Positions 36,401 to 44,830 of a stretch of 64,000 bases of DNA are shown here, piece after piece. Source of the DNA: Armatimonadota bacterium (GTDB lineage Bacteria; Armatimonadota; SYMT01); contig JAWLHY010000014.1 in NCBI GenBank assembly GCA_041690135.1, positions 171,743 to 235,742 on the forward strand. Direction: 5' to 3'. Each line of letters opens with the position of its first letter. Position 1 is the stretch's first letter. The translations under genes were made by a program, and so were the position numbers. Under the pieces are notes generated by a model. That model searched no databases. It had not been told where the DNA came from and saw nothing but the letters and a program-made list of their open reading frames with translations.

Positions 36401-36891
36401 AGCGGCGCCGCGGCAGCAACGACCCGTTCACGCTCCTGGAGACGGTGGAGGCGGACGCCACGACCTTCGCGGATACCAACCTCCAGCACAGCACCACCTA
36501 CACCTACCGCGTCCGGGCCACCAGCGACAGTGGCGACTCCGCGCACGCGGAGGCGAACGGGACCACCCTGGCGCTCGCCCGCGGCAAGATCAAGGTGGCC
36601 CGCGCGGTCAACTTCGGCAAGGTGGCCCTCGGCACGCAGAAGGCCAAGGACCTCGTGATCTCCAACATCAGCCGCAACGAGGTGCTGCGGATTACGGTCT
36701 TCCCCGTGGTCGAGCCGTTTGGGACCATCAGCGGAGGCGGCGAAACCATCCTCATCATCGGCGGTCGTCAGCGAGTAGCCCTGCGCTTCAAGCCCACCAA
36801 GAAAGGACGCTTCAAGGCCAACCTGGTCATCAGCAGCAGCGATCCCGCCCGCCCCAGCGTCACCGTCAAATTGAGTGGAATCGGGAAGTAG
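33478..36891 (+). CDS. SBBP beta-propeller repeat surface protein with 3 FnIII domains and C-terminal ASH/choice-of-anchor D Ig domain
   Basis: VYPGIDLVYYG..LEYDF, LVIDP, repeated YSTYLGG/YVTG.T.S.DFP, WTDNSDNE x2-3, and a C-terminal SSDP..P.V.V.LSG.G. Confidence 0.9.
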   Translation: MSTSQYSLVAAALILTGVVSVAGAGKPHTLPPSSAAEGAYLQLPLTFERGENSGREANRAAPFVTRGAGYAVYLQPTEAQLLTAPAASSTTVPHARPSSAGRISLRFAGANPEARLEPRDPVSGESHYLRGRDPRRWRTHVKQYARVEAEDVYPGIDLVYYGRQGRLEYDFVVAPGADPHAIRLEFSGARAATLDPSGNLILNTPGGEIRQQKPFVYQDLDGRRIEIPAHYVLADQAGPELSTFNLRPSTRNPEPSTRNPQPSTFNLQPLTSVRLALADYDRTRPLVIDPVLAFSTYLGGSGSDGAFSVAVDETGSAYVTGSTLSLDFPTAAPLQDELGGDGVRVDTFVAKLLPSGSGLVYSTYLGGNGNDFPHGIAVDAQGQVCVAGETDSTDFPTHNPYQEDLAGEGDTFISRLQADGAGFLFSTYLGGRGSDLNSGVALDGEGAVYVTGATGSNNFPVANAYQPQHAGGQYDAYVAKFDPTGATLAYSTYLGGTKQDFPGAFNSIAVDAEGGACVVGTTFSTNFPLTANAPDAVFGTDLTTTEIFVSRLAPGGEALTFSTYLGGSGSETGRAITVASFGEVAVTGYTRSADYPTVNALRASHGGGTQDAVVTKLNPAHGGVVFSTYLGGASNDLGEGIAADGGGNVYVTGETFSTDFPVAAPLQPNLGSFEAFVSKISSTGASLVYSTYLGGASQDTGIGIAVGASGTATVVGRTLSANFPLSRALQPDYEGSGDAFIARIVEGVAPPAVPSDLQALAPCGTQVTLVWTDNSDNEDAFEIERKTLSVGGNPVFLPVGAVEADVRLFEDRGLTPSTTYVYRVRATNRDGASPYSNEIQVTTHEHEPPNPPQDVAVEALSHNSLQVSWTDASAGETGFKIERSGETGGFTLIHTTAGDVTTFSDTGLNAATIYRYRVRSTNGGCDSVYSTVATGQTRDSPPVAPSGLTARGVSDTRIELSWTDNSDNETGFKIERRRGSNDPFTLLETVEADATTFADTNLQHSTTYTYRVRATSDSGDSAHAEANGTTLALARGKIKVARAVNFGKVALGTQKAKDLVISNISRNEVLRITVFPVVEPFGTISGGGETILIIGGRQRVALRFKPTKKGRFKANLVISSSDPARPSVTVKLSGIGK
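34196..34290 (+). repeat. Tandem heptamer (TTCAACC-like) inserted in frame in SBBP gene
   Basis: About 13 units encoding STFNLRPSTRNPEPSTRNPQPSTFNLQP. Confidence 0.9.
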
Positions 36892-37082
36892 ACAGTTGAG
36901 ACGGCGCCCGGCGCTGCAGTGGCGAGCCGCCTCTTGTGCGGGGAGTCGGTGAAGGCCGACTTCGTGCTGTTTCAGCTCGCGGTTTCAACCGCCGAGTGTA
37001 AAGCTGATAGGAACCCTGCCCTTCGCGGTCGCGTAACTTGCTCCAGAGGAACCCATCGATCTTCCACAGAAGGGGAGCCCCC

Positions 37083-38786
37083 ATGCCGTACGTCCACTCC
37101 ACCCTCCGCCGCTCCGTATTGATCCTGACACTCGCCCTACTCGCCGGCTTCCAGGCGCGCGGGGCCGTAGGCCAGGCGAAGATGGCGGAGCCGGTGGAGG
37201 CGGTGCTCCTCTTCGACGGCAAACTCCCCGACCAGGTAACGCTCGATGCCGAGGTCCGCAAGGCGGTCGAACCACATACCGGCAAGGTCACTCTCCGGAC
37301 CATGCATGCCGGCCGGGCGGAGACCGTTCCCTTCCTGCGGCTTCACGACCTCACCCGCAAGAACGCTCCGCTGCTCCTCATCATGAGCAGCAGCAACCCG
37401 AAGGCCCGCATCGTCAAGCGCTATCCTCTGGTGGCCGGGGGCGAGCTCAAGAAGAATCTGCGGACCCTACTCGCCGCTCTGCAGCTCCCCGCACCCAAGC
37501 CCGATCCGGTGCCGCCCGGTACCGTGGTGGCATTTGCGACCGACGGTGGCGAAGACGAGAAGAAGCACCTGGTGTCCTCTCCGGGTGTCCAGAAGATCCG
37601 AGAAGGGGTGCGCACCGTCGACCGGGGTAGTGCTCTCATTTACCGTTTCCCACTTCCGGATGGCCTGATTTCGGCCGATCTGCGTGCGGAACTTGGCGGT
37701 AACTACCTGGTGGAATGGGCGAGCGATCCGGTCGGGCCGTGGACTGTCTTGATGGATAGCTACCGCTACTTTGGCGTGGCGGCCGAGCGCCTCAAGGAGC
37801 GGACCACCCCCGTCGCCAGCGTCTCCTACGCCCTCACCGCCGCCGCCGATGCCCTCTACCTCCGCATCCGTCCCAGTGGCCGCGGCCAGGAGCGCCTGGA
37901 GTTGGCCCGGCTGGAGCTGACGGCGTTGCCGGTGGGTGGTCTCAGCGGGGAAGAGGCCTGGCTCACCCAGGCGGCGAAGCTTCGCAAGGAAGCGGGCGGC
38001 GTGCCGGAAACGGAGAACACGGCGCTGTTCGCCGGCACTCTGCGCGGGCGGACGGTCCTCACCGCCGAGCGCTCACCGTACCTCATGAGCGGGGATGTCT
38101 TTGTGCCCGCCGCCTCGGTCCTGGTAATCGAGCCCGGCGTAACGATCCGCGCCGCCGGCCGGGTCGTGATCCGGGTCCAGGGCGACCTCGTGGCCCGGGG
38201 CACGGCGGAGAAGCCAATTGTGTTCACTGCCGCGCAGCCCCGCCAGCCGGACGACTGGAAGGGCCTCGTTTTCCTGCCGACGCCCGCGCGGGCCAGCGGC
38301 GCGAAAAGCGAGCTTCAGTACTGCCGGATCTCGCATGCCGCCAACGTGGACCTCGGCCGCTTTGGCGGGGAGATCTCCCACTCCGTTTTCGAGGACGGCT
38401 ACACCGGCCTCACCCTCCGGGACGGCGGGACCGGCAAGATCCACCACAACCGTTTCCTCCGCTGCCTGCGCGGGATGGTCCTCGACCGGGCGGCCGGTGA
38501 TGTCTCCCGCAATGAATGGCAGGAATGCGTGGTAGGGCTCTTCGTCTCCGGCGTCGACCCGCAGGCCCGCCTCACCCTGGAGCACAACGCCATAGTGAAG
38601 AGCCGCGTGGCCGCCGTCAACTACCTCAAGCTGCCCCGAGGCGCCACTCCCGCGCTTGCGCTGGCGAACAACCACTGGAGCGGCACACCGGACGAGCGCC
38701 TCATCGGTGGCGGGGCCGCCGCCGCCGAAGTCCGCCTCGACCCGCGCCTCGAAGCCGCCCCCGCCGACGCAGGCCCCGGCTGGTGA
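37083..38786 (+). CDS. Secreted protein with C-terminal right-handed parallel beta-helix
   Basis: SPYLMSGDV..LVIEPGV..GDLVARGTAEKPIVFT..WKG and NNHW motifs. RBS AGGGGAG. Confidence 0.75.
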   Translation: MPYVHSTLRRSVLILTLALLAGFQARGAVGQAKMAEPVEAVLLFDGKLPDQVTLDAEVRKAVEPHTGKVTLRTMHAGRAETVPFLRLHDLTRKNAPLLLIMSSSNPKARIVKRYPLVAGGELKKNLRTLLAALQLPAPKPDPVPPGTVVAFATDGGEDEKKHLVSSPGVQKIREGVRTVDRGSALIYRFPLPDGLISADLRAELGGNYLVEWASDPVGPWTVLMDSYRYFGVAAERLKERTTPVASVSYALTAAADALYLRIRPSGRGQERLELARLELTALPVGGLSGEEAWLTQAAKLRKEAGGVPETENTALFAGTLRGRTVLTAERSPYLMSGDVFVPAASVLVIEPGVTIRAAGRVVIRVQGDLVARGTAEKPIVFTAAQPRQPDDWKGLVFLPTPARASGAKSELQYCRISHAANVDLGRFGGEISHSVFEDGYTGLTLRDGGTGKIHHNRFLRCLRGMVLDRAAGDVSRNEWQECVVGLFVSGVDPQARLTLEHNAIVKSRVAAVNYLKLPRGATPALALANNHWSGTPDERLIGGGAAAAEVRLDPRLEAAPADAGPGW

Positions 38787-38802
38787 GGACTTGATCTGAG
38801 AC

Positions 38803-39447
38803 ATGGATGAGGACCTTGACGGGATGTCGCGGGAGCAGTTAGCCGCGGAAGTCACGAAACTGCGGGACGGCATTCGCCGCCATCGCGACAGCACGGGCCA
38901 CGAATTGTGCTGGCACCACCCGGCGCTCTGGTCGCTGCTCCCCGAGCGGTCGGACCCGCTTCCCCGGGTGCCGGATTGGCCGCAGTTCCTGCGTGGCTGC
39001 ATCCACTATCGCCAATCGCTCGACGAGCAGGCACCTGACGCGCTGCGTACGCACGCGGCATTTGATACATCGAAAGTCACCGAAGCCGAAGTGGTCGACT
39101 TCCTGAAGGCGTTCGAAACCGCTTCCGGCACGCGGTCCTTCGCCAACGTGAAGGACATGATCCACCCCAATGCTCTCTTCCGGTTCAACGACGGTGACTA
39201 CCGGGGGTTTGAAGCCGTCCGGGCCGCCTTCGAGCGCACCTGGGCCTACGACGTGGAAGACGAACGCTACACCCTCTCCAATATCGAGGTCATGAACGTC
39301 GACACCCACTCCGCAACGGCGACCTTCACCTTCACCTGGTCCGGCCACGGCCCTGACGGTCCATTCAACATCGTGGGTCGCGGCACCACTCTCCTGGTTC
39401 ACCACCAGGGCCGCCTCAAAATCCTGGTGGAGCACCTCAGTCGCTAA
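38803..39447 (+). CDS. Fusion: conserved small domain (CWHHP) + SnoaL/NTF2-like (DUF4440) domain
   Basis: N-terminal GHELCWHHPALW...FLRGC. C-terminal GRGT...KILVEHLS, an NTF2-like ending. Confidence 0.7.
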   Translation: MDEDLDGMSREQLAAEVTKLRDGIRRHRDSTGHELCWHHPALWSLLPERSDPLPRVPDWPQFLRGCIHYRQSLDEQAPDALRTHAAFDTSKVTEAEVVDFLKAFETASGTRSFANVKDMIHPNALFRFNDGDYRGFEAVRAAFERTWAYDVEDERYTLSNIEVMNVDTHSATATFTFTWSGHGPDGPFNIVGRGTTLLVHHQGRLKILVEHLSR

Positions 39448-39643
39448 ACAAGCACCAGCGGAAACCCGGGCTGATCTGGGGCATACTGTCGTCATCCACC
39501 CAGGGCCCCCTGGTCAGGGTACCAGTCTTTCCACGGGTGGCGGTAGCACGCCCGGACAGCGGGTTGGCCTGGTCTGCCGGCGAGCCCCTCGCGGCTTTCG
39601 TGCCGAACGTGGTATGCTGAGTGAAATCGGAACGAGGGTCCCC

Positions 39644-39883
39644 ATGCAAGAGAAGATTTGGGAAGATTTCAACAGTCTGCCTGCTGCAGCACAACAGCAG
39701 GTCGCCGACTTCGTGGCTTTTCTTCGCCAACGTTACCGCCAACCAGCAGCGATTAGGCGCTCTCCAACTCATTGGGAAGAGGAACCCTTCGTCGGGATGT
39801 GGGAGAGTCGCGACGACTTGGAGGACAGCACAGAATGGGTGCGCCGGGTGCGTGAGCAACAGTGGACAGATTCGCGTGGCTAA
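39644..39883 (+). CDS. Antitoxin (DUF2281-like)
   Basis: LPAAAQQQVADFVAFL, PFVGMW..R.D..DS.EWVR..R..W. Directly upstream of a PIN toxin. Confidence 0.8.
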   Translation: MQEKIWEDFNSLPAAAQQQVADFVAFLRQRYRQPAAIRRSPTHWEEEPFVGMWESRDDLEDSTEWVRRVREQQWTDSRG

Positions 39884-39886
39884 TCG

Positions 39887-40267
39887 ATGCTTATCGTGGA
39901 CACCGACATTTTGATTGACGTGGCGCGCGGCGACACACAGGCCGTGGCGCGGCTCAAACAGGAAGAGCAACACGCAACACTTGCGGTGAGCACGATCACC
40001 TTTCTTGAACTCCTCGTGGGCTGCCGCAATAAACGGGAACAGCAACAAACCGAGAAGTTCATTCGCCGGTTTCAGTTGGTACCCCTAGATCCCGCCATAT
40101 CAGATAAGGCCGGTGAACTCCTACGGTAATATCGGCTCAGTCACGGTCTTCTCATCCCCGATGCACTGATTGCGGCGTCAGCGCTCGTCACTGGTGTACC
40201 ACTGCTTATCAAAAATCAGCGCGACTATCGATTCATCACTGGACTGACGCTCCCGCCCTATCCGTAA
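39887..40267 (+). pseudogene. vapC: VapC (PIN domain) toxin with in-frame TAA at 40127-40129
   Basis: IVDTDILID, ITFLELLVG. After the stop the frame continues YRLSHGLLIPDALIAASAL...KNQRDYRFI. Confidence 0.88.
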
Positions 40268-40299
40268 CTTCGCGTGACATACCCGTGCGCTATGTTCTA

Positions 40300-40716
40300 A
40301 TGAAACCGAGAGTCACGGTCCTCACCCTCGGCGTCGACGACCTCGAACGCTCCCTGCGCTTCTACCGCGACGGCCTGGGCCTACCCACAAAAGGCATCAT
40401 CGGGGAAGAGTTCGAATACGGCGCCGTCGTCTTCTTCGAACTCCAGGGCGGCCTCCGCCTTGCCCTCTGGCCGCGCAAGAGCATCGCCCACGATACGGGC
40501 CTACCCGTGGGACCGCCCAGCGCCACGGAACTGACCCTGGGCCACAACGTCTCCTCGCGGGAAGAGGTGGATGCGGTGATGCGGCAGGCGGAGAGTGCCG
40601 GGGCCGTCATCGTCAAACCGGCGCACGACACGTTCTGGGGAGGCTACGCCGGCTACTTCCAAGACCCGGACGGCCACCTCTGGGAAGCCGCCTGGAACCC
40701 ACAGTGGGAAGAATAG
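40300..40716 (+). CDS. VOC/glyoxalase family protein
   Basis: LTLGVDDLERSLRFYRDGLG, FWGGYAGYFQDPDGHLWE. Confidence 0.92.
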   Translation: MKPRVTVLTLGVDDLERSLRFYRDGLGLPTKGIIGEEFEYGAVVFFELQGGLRLALWPRKSIAHDTGLPVGPPSATELTLGHNVSSREEVDAVMRQAESAGAVIVKPAHDTFWGGYAGYFQDPDGHLWEAAWNPQWEE

Positions 40717-40904
40717 TCGACAACCCCGCAGCGCCAGTTCCCGCTCCCCACGTTGGTAGTACACCCCGTTATGTGGGGCGGGGGTCCCACTCGCCACGGT
40801 AGCCGATTCACGGAACAAAATGGCGCGGGCGTCTCGGTGTCGCCGTCCCCCACCAGGATCACGCCTCCGCACCTGGAATGCATCACGGTAGGCCGCAATG
40901 GTGG

Positions 40905-41140
40905 CGGTAGGGTCGGCTCGCTGCCGCCGACCAGGACTATGCCTCCGCACCCGTACTGCACCACGCGCCGCCGCCTCGAATCCCAACCGAATCCGGCACG
41001 CTGGCTTCGATCCCGTCGTGCACCACACGTTACTGTGCCGTCCGCCTCCCGCTGGCGCCGCACGGTGGGCTGACGGGTGCGAAACCACGCTCTGGGGAAG
41101 GGACGGCGACCATTCCCCTACCTCTGCCACGCCGACTTCA
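40905..41140. repeat. REP doublet (GTAG REPs in inverted orientation), homologous to 58370-58800
   Basis: gtagggtcggc..gccgacc and ggggaagggac..cattcccctac, plus conserved flanks shared with the 58.4-58.8 kb region. Confidence 0.65.
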
Positions 41141-41974
41141 CGGTTAACCGACAGGTGCAGCAACAAGTGCGGCCCCGGACGCGGGCTACCCGCCACTACC
41201 TACTCGGATTCCGTATCGCCATCCGAGTTCTACCCGGCCCCAGACGAGTCCCTCCGTGCCGCCCCGTCCCATCCGTGTCCTCCGTGTCAATGACGCGCGA
41301 TCACGAAGTAAACACCCCACTGGATGGAAGGCGAAGCCCAAAACGGCGAACCGAACCTGAGATATAACCTCGTTCGGTTCAGGAACCGCCGCTTGCGGAA
41401 ATCGGAACACGGCGGAAGTTTGCACTTTCCCCTAGCCGGGCAGCGGGTACCCCGAAGGGGCGTGGGTGGCGGGGTCACTGGGCCGAGAACGCGGAAACAC
41501 GCACCCATAAACGGACAAGAGCCCAGGAGACGGTGAGAACCTCCAGGTCTTAATCGTAATCCTCATCCTAATCCGCGAAGGTAAGGTTGGCTCTCTTTAT
41601 CCTTATCTTTGTCCTCATCCTAATCGGGCGCAGCCCCAGCGAAGCAATGAGCCCGGCTAATGGGTGGGATTAAAACTCAGAATTTTTGATATGGAAGGCC
41701 CCGCGATAGAATTGGCGTGAGGTTCGGCCACGACGGCCGGCCTCCCTGGGACAGACCCCACCGGAAACCCTCACCGCAGCACTCATCAGCGCCCGGTCGA
41801 GACCCCCGGAACAACGGGTGAGCGCTGCTCCAGCTTGAACGGACAATGGCCGCGCGTTGCCCATGCGGGTGAAGGAAGCTTCCAGCCGAGGCTTCTGTGT
41901 TGCCCGCTCCCGATCACGAAGTAACTTCGGGCCGAAGGGCTTTGCCGCGCCGGGAAGAGCGGACTCAGACATCG

Positions 41975-43834
41975 ATGGCTAAATTGCGGTTCCATCACTA
42001 CGCCTGGGGAGTGTTGGCTTACAACCTGCTCGTGGTTCTCGGCGGCGCCTTTGTACGGGCGAGCATGTCGGGCGACGGCTGCGGTAACCACTGGCCCAAC
42101 TGCAACGGGCAGATGCTGCCCGACTTCGGTTCCGCCAAGACGGCGATCGAATTTTCGCACCGGCTCTCCAGCGGCCTCTTGCTGCCCTTAACCATCGGCC
42201 TGCTGGTCTGGGCGTTCCGCGCCTTCCCCAAGGGGCACCTGGTACGCGCCGCCGCTGTAGGCGTCTTTGTCTTCACCATCGCGGAAGCCCTGGTGGGCGC
42301 CGGACTGGTGCTCTACAAGCTGGTGGCGCACGACCGGTCCGTCTCGCGGGCCATCGTCATGCCCGCACACCTGGTTCTCACCTTCCTGCTGCTCATGTGT
42401 GCCGCCCTCACCGCCTGGTGGGGGAGCGGAGCTACGCGTCCGCAGTGGCGTAACCAGGGAGCGATGGGTTGGGCATTGCTGCTCGGGTTGGTGTCCACCC
42501 TGGCCCTCGGAATCAGCGGTGCCATCACCGCCCTCGGCGATACCCTCTTCCCGGCCGGAAGCCTGATCGAAGGGCTGCGGCAGGACTTCGATCCTGGCGC
42601 GCACTTCCTGCTGGGGCTGCGGATCTACCACCCCCTCATCGCCCTCACGGCGGGCCTCTACCTCCTGCTGGTGCTCGCTCTCACGATGCACCTGCGTCCC
42701 TCCCCGGACGTCCGGCGCTTCTCCCGCTACGCCATCGCCGTGTTCCTGGCGCAGATGGGCTTTGGGGTGCTGAACCTGGCCTTCCTGGCTCCCATCTGGA
42801 TGCAGCTCATTCACCTGCTGCTGGCGGATCTCTTCTGGATCTCGCTGGTCCTCATGTCCGCCTCGGCCCTCGCGGAAGGCGTGCCGCATGTGGAGCTATC
42901 CACCCTCGGCCCCGTCCCCGATCCCGCCACGGCTGGTGCGCCGGGATGGAAAGATTACGTCGCGCTCACCAAGCCCCGCGTCATCAGCCTGCTGCTGTTC
43001 ACCACCATCGCGGCGATGTTCATTGCGGCCGGCTTCGAGGACAAGCCCGCTCCGGGCTTCTTCCTCTGCCTGGCGACCGGGCTCGGCCTCTACATGTCCG
43101 CCGGAGCCGCCAACGCCATCAACATGGTGCTGGAGCGCGACCTCGACCTGGCGATGCACCGGACCGCCACCCGGCCCACGGTCACCGACAAGATTCCGCC
43201 CCGCGCCGCGCTGGAGTTCGCGCTGGCGCTGATGGTCGGCTCCTTCCTGTTGCTCTGGGGCGCGGCGAACCTGTTGACCGCCATGCTGGCACTGGCGGGG
43301 CTCGCGTTCTACGTGATCATTTACACGCTGCTGCTCAAGCGCCGCACCTGGGCCAATATCGTCATCGGCGGTGCTGCCGGGGCCTTCCCCCCGCTGGTCG
43401 GTTGGGCGGCGGTAACGAACGACCTCAGCCCCATGGCCTGGTGTCTGTTCGGCATTATCTTCCTCTGGACTCCCGTCCACTTCTGGGCCCTCGCCCTGAT
43501 GATCAAGGACGAATACGCCCGTGCGGGGGTGCCGATGCTCCCGGTTGTGCGCGGCGAACGGGCCACCGTTTCGCAGATCGCGGGCTACGCCATTCTCACC
43601 GTCGCGATCTCGGTCTTGCCGATGGCGCTTCCCGGCGGCGCCGGTCAGTCATCCGCCGTCGGCTGGTTCTACCTGGGCGCCGCAATCCTGCTCAACGTCG
43701 TGCTGCTGCAGCGCAGCTTTAGCCTCTATCAGAAGCCGGACCGCCCGCACGCGCTCTCGCTTTTCAAGTACTCCATGCTTTACCTGGCCCTGCTCTTCCT
43801 CGCGATGGCCATGGATCGGGGATTCTCGGCCTGA
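41975..43834 (+). CDS. ctaB: Fused heme A synthase (CtaA/COX15) - heme O synthase (CtaB/CyoE)
   Basis: N-terminal [19 protein letters not shown] and conserved His. C-terminal [45 protein letters not shown]. Confidence 0.92.
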   Translation: MAKLRFHHYAWGVLAYNLLVVLGGAFVRASMSGDGCGNHWPNCNGQMLPDFGSAKTAIEFSHRLSSGLLLPLTIGLLVWAFRAFPKGHLVRAAAVGVFVFTIAEALVGAGLVLYKLVAHDRSVSRAIVMPAHLVLTFLLLMCAALTAWWGSGATRPQWRNQGAMGWALLLGLVSTLALGISGAITALGDTLFPAGSLIEGLRQDFDPGAHFLLGLRIYHPLIALTAGLYLLLVLALTMHLRPSPDVRRFSRYAIAVFLAQMGFGVLNLAFLAPIWMQLIHLLLADLFWISLVLMSASALAEGVPHVELSTLGPVPDPATAGAPGWKDYVALTKPRVISLLLFTTIAAMFIAAGFEDKPAPGFFLCLATGLGLYMSAGAANAINMVLERDLDLAMHRTATRPTVTDKIPPRAALEFALALMVGSFLLLWGAANLLTAMLALAGLAFYVIIYTLLLKRRTWANIVIGGAAGAFPPLVGWAAVTNDLSPMAWCLFGIIFLWTPVHFWALALMIKDEYARAGVPMLPVVRGERATVSQIAGYAILTVAISVLPMALPGGAGQSSAVGWFYLGAAILLNVVLLQRSFSLYQKPDRPHALSLFKYSMLYLALLFLAMAMDRGFSA

Positions 43835-44156
43835 TGCTTGTACCCGATCCATGGCACTCGCTGGGCTCCGCCGCGTGGCCCCTTTCGTCCTCCATGGAGG
43901 GAGGAGGGGGATACCTCGCAGAACTGAAGGCGTGGTCTTCCGCCTACCGGGCAACCACCCGTGCGACCGACATGCCTTGGGGGGCGACCCGCACCGCAGT
44001 TCGGGGTGCCGTCCCAGGGACCGTTTGCTTTTTTGATATCGCCGTGGCGATTTCTGCTTCGAAATCGATGCCCACGGAATCTGGGCGTGGAGAAGGACCG
44101 GGGGAGCTCGCCTCTCCGACTTCCGCCCTCGGTGCTTCGACAGTAAGGACATATTG

Positions 44157-44813
44157 ATGGCGCAGCTCTTCCATCCGAGCACCAACGTCCTGGCGAAACT
44201 GAGTATTGTTGGCGTTGCCGCCGTTGTGCCCTTGCTCGGCGTGGCCGTCTACTTCTTCAACATGAACTACGGGGCCGAAGTCAGGGTCCCGAAGGAGCAG
44301 CCCGTCGAGTTCAGCCACCGGCACCACGTTGGCGACGACGGCATCGACTGCCGCTACTGCCACACCTCGGTGGACAAGTCGAACAATGCGGGCATGCCTT
44401 CCACCTACACCTGTATGACCTGCCACTCGCAGCTCTGGAGCGATAGCCCCGAGCTGGAGCCCGTCCGGGAGAGCTTCCGCACCGGCACCCCCATCCAGTG
44501 GGACCGGGTCCACGACCTGCCCGACTTCGCCTACTTCAACCACAGCATCCATGTGAAGAAGGGGGTTGGCTGTGTCTCCTGCCACGGGCGGGTCGATGAG
44601 ATGCCGCTCATCTGGAAGGAGAAGGACCTGACGATGAAGTGGTGTCTCGACTGCCACCGCAAGCCGGAGGATTTCGTGCGCCCGCGGGAGCGGGTCTTCG
44701 ATATCGCCTGGACGCCGGAAGAGGACCAGAAGAAGATGGGTGAGCGCCTGGTCAAGGAATACCACGTCCTGAACAGCTTCCAACTCACCAACTGCTCCAC
44801 GTGCCACCACTAG
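44157..44813 (+). CDS. actA: Alternative complex III subunit A, pentaheme cytochrome c
   Basis: Five CxxCH motifs, EQPVEFSH, LPDFAYFNHSIH. Confidence 0.93.
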   Translation: MAQLFHPSTNVLAKLSIVGVAAVVPLLGVAVYFFNMNYGAEVRVPKEQPVEFSHRHHVGDDGIDCRYCHTSVDKSNNAGMPSTYTCMTCHSQLWSDSPELEPVRESFRTGTPIQWDRVHDLPDFAYFNHSIHVKKGVGCVSCHGRVDEMPLIWKEKDLTMKWCLDCHRKPEDFVRPRERVFDIAWTPEEDQKKMGERLVKEYHVLNSFQLTNCSTCHH

Positions 44814-44830
44814 GGGAGAGAGTCTCCACG

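Noticed and set aside
40127-40129. Programmed readthrough (Sec/Pyl) in vapC
   Set aside because: The stop is TAA, not TGA or TAG, and no recoding signal is evident.
41298-41924. 14-bp direct repeat cgatcacgaagtaa upstream of ctaAB, and a possible riboswitch/ncRNA in this spacer
   Set aside because: Matches no regulator box or riboswitch consensus I can recognise. A 14-mer match can arise by chance in a window of this size.
40716-41970. Short ORFs in the REP-rich spacers (also 58100-58880)
   Set aside because: Translations of repeat DNA, with no RBS or family motifs.
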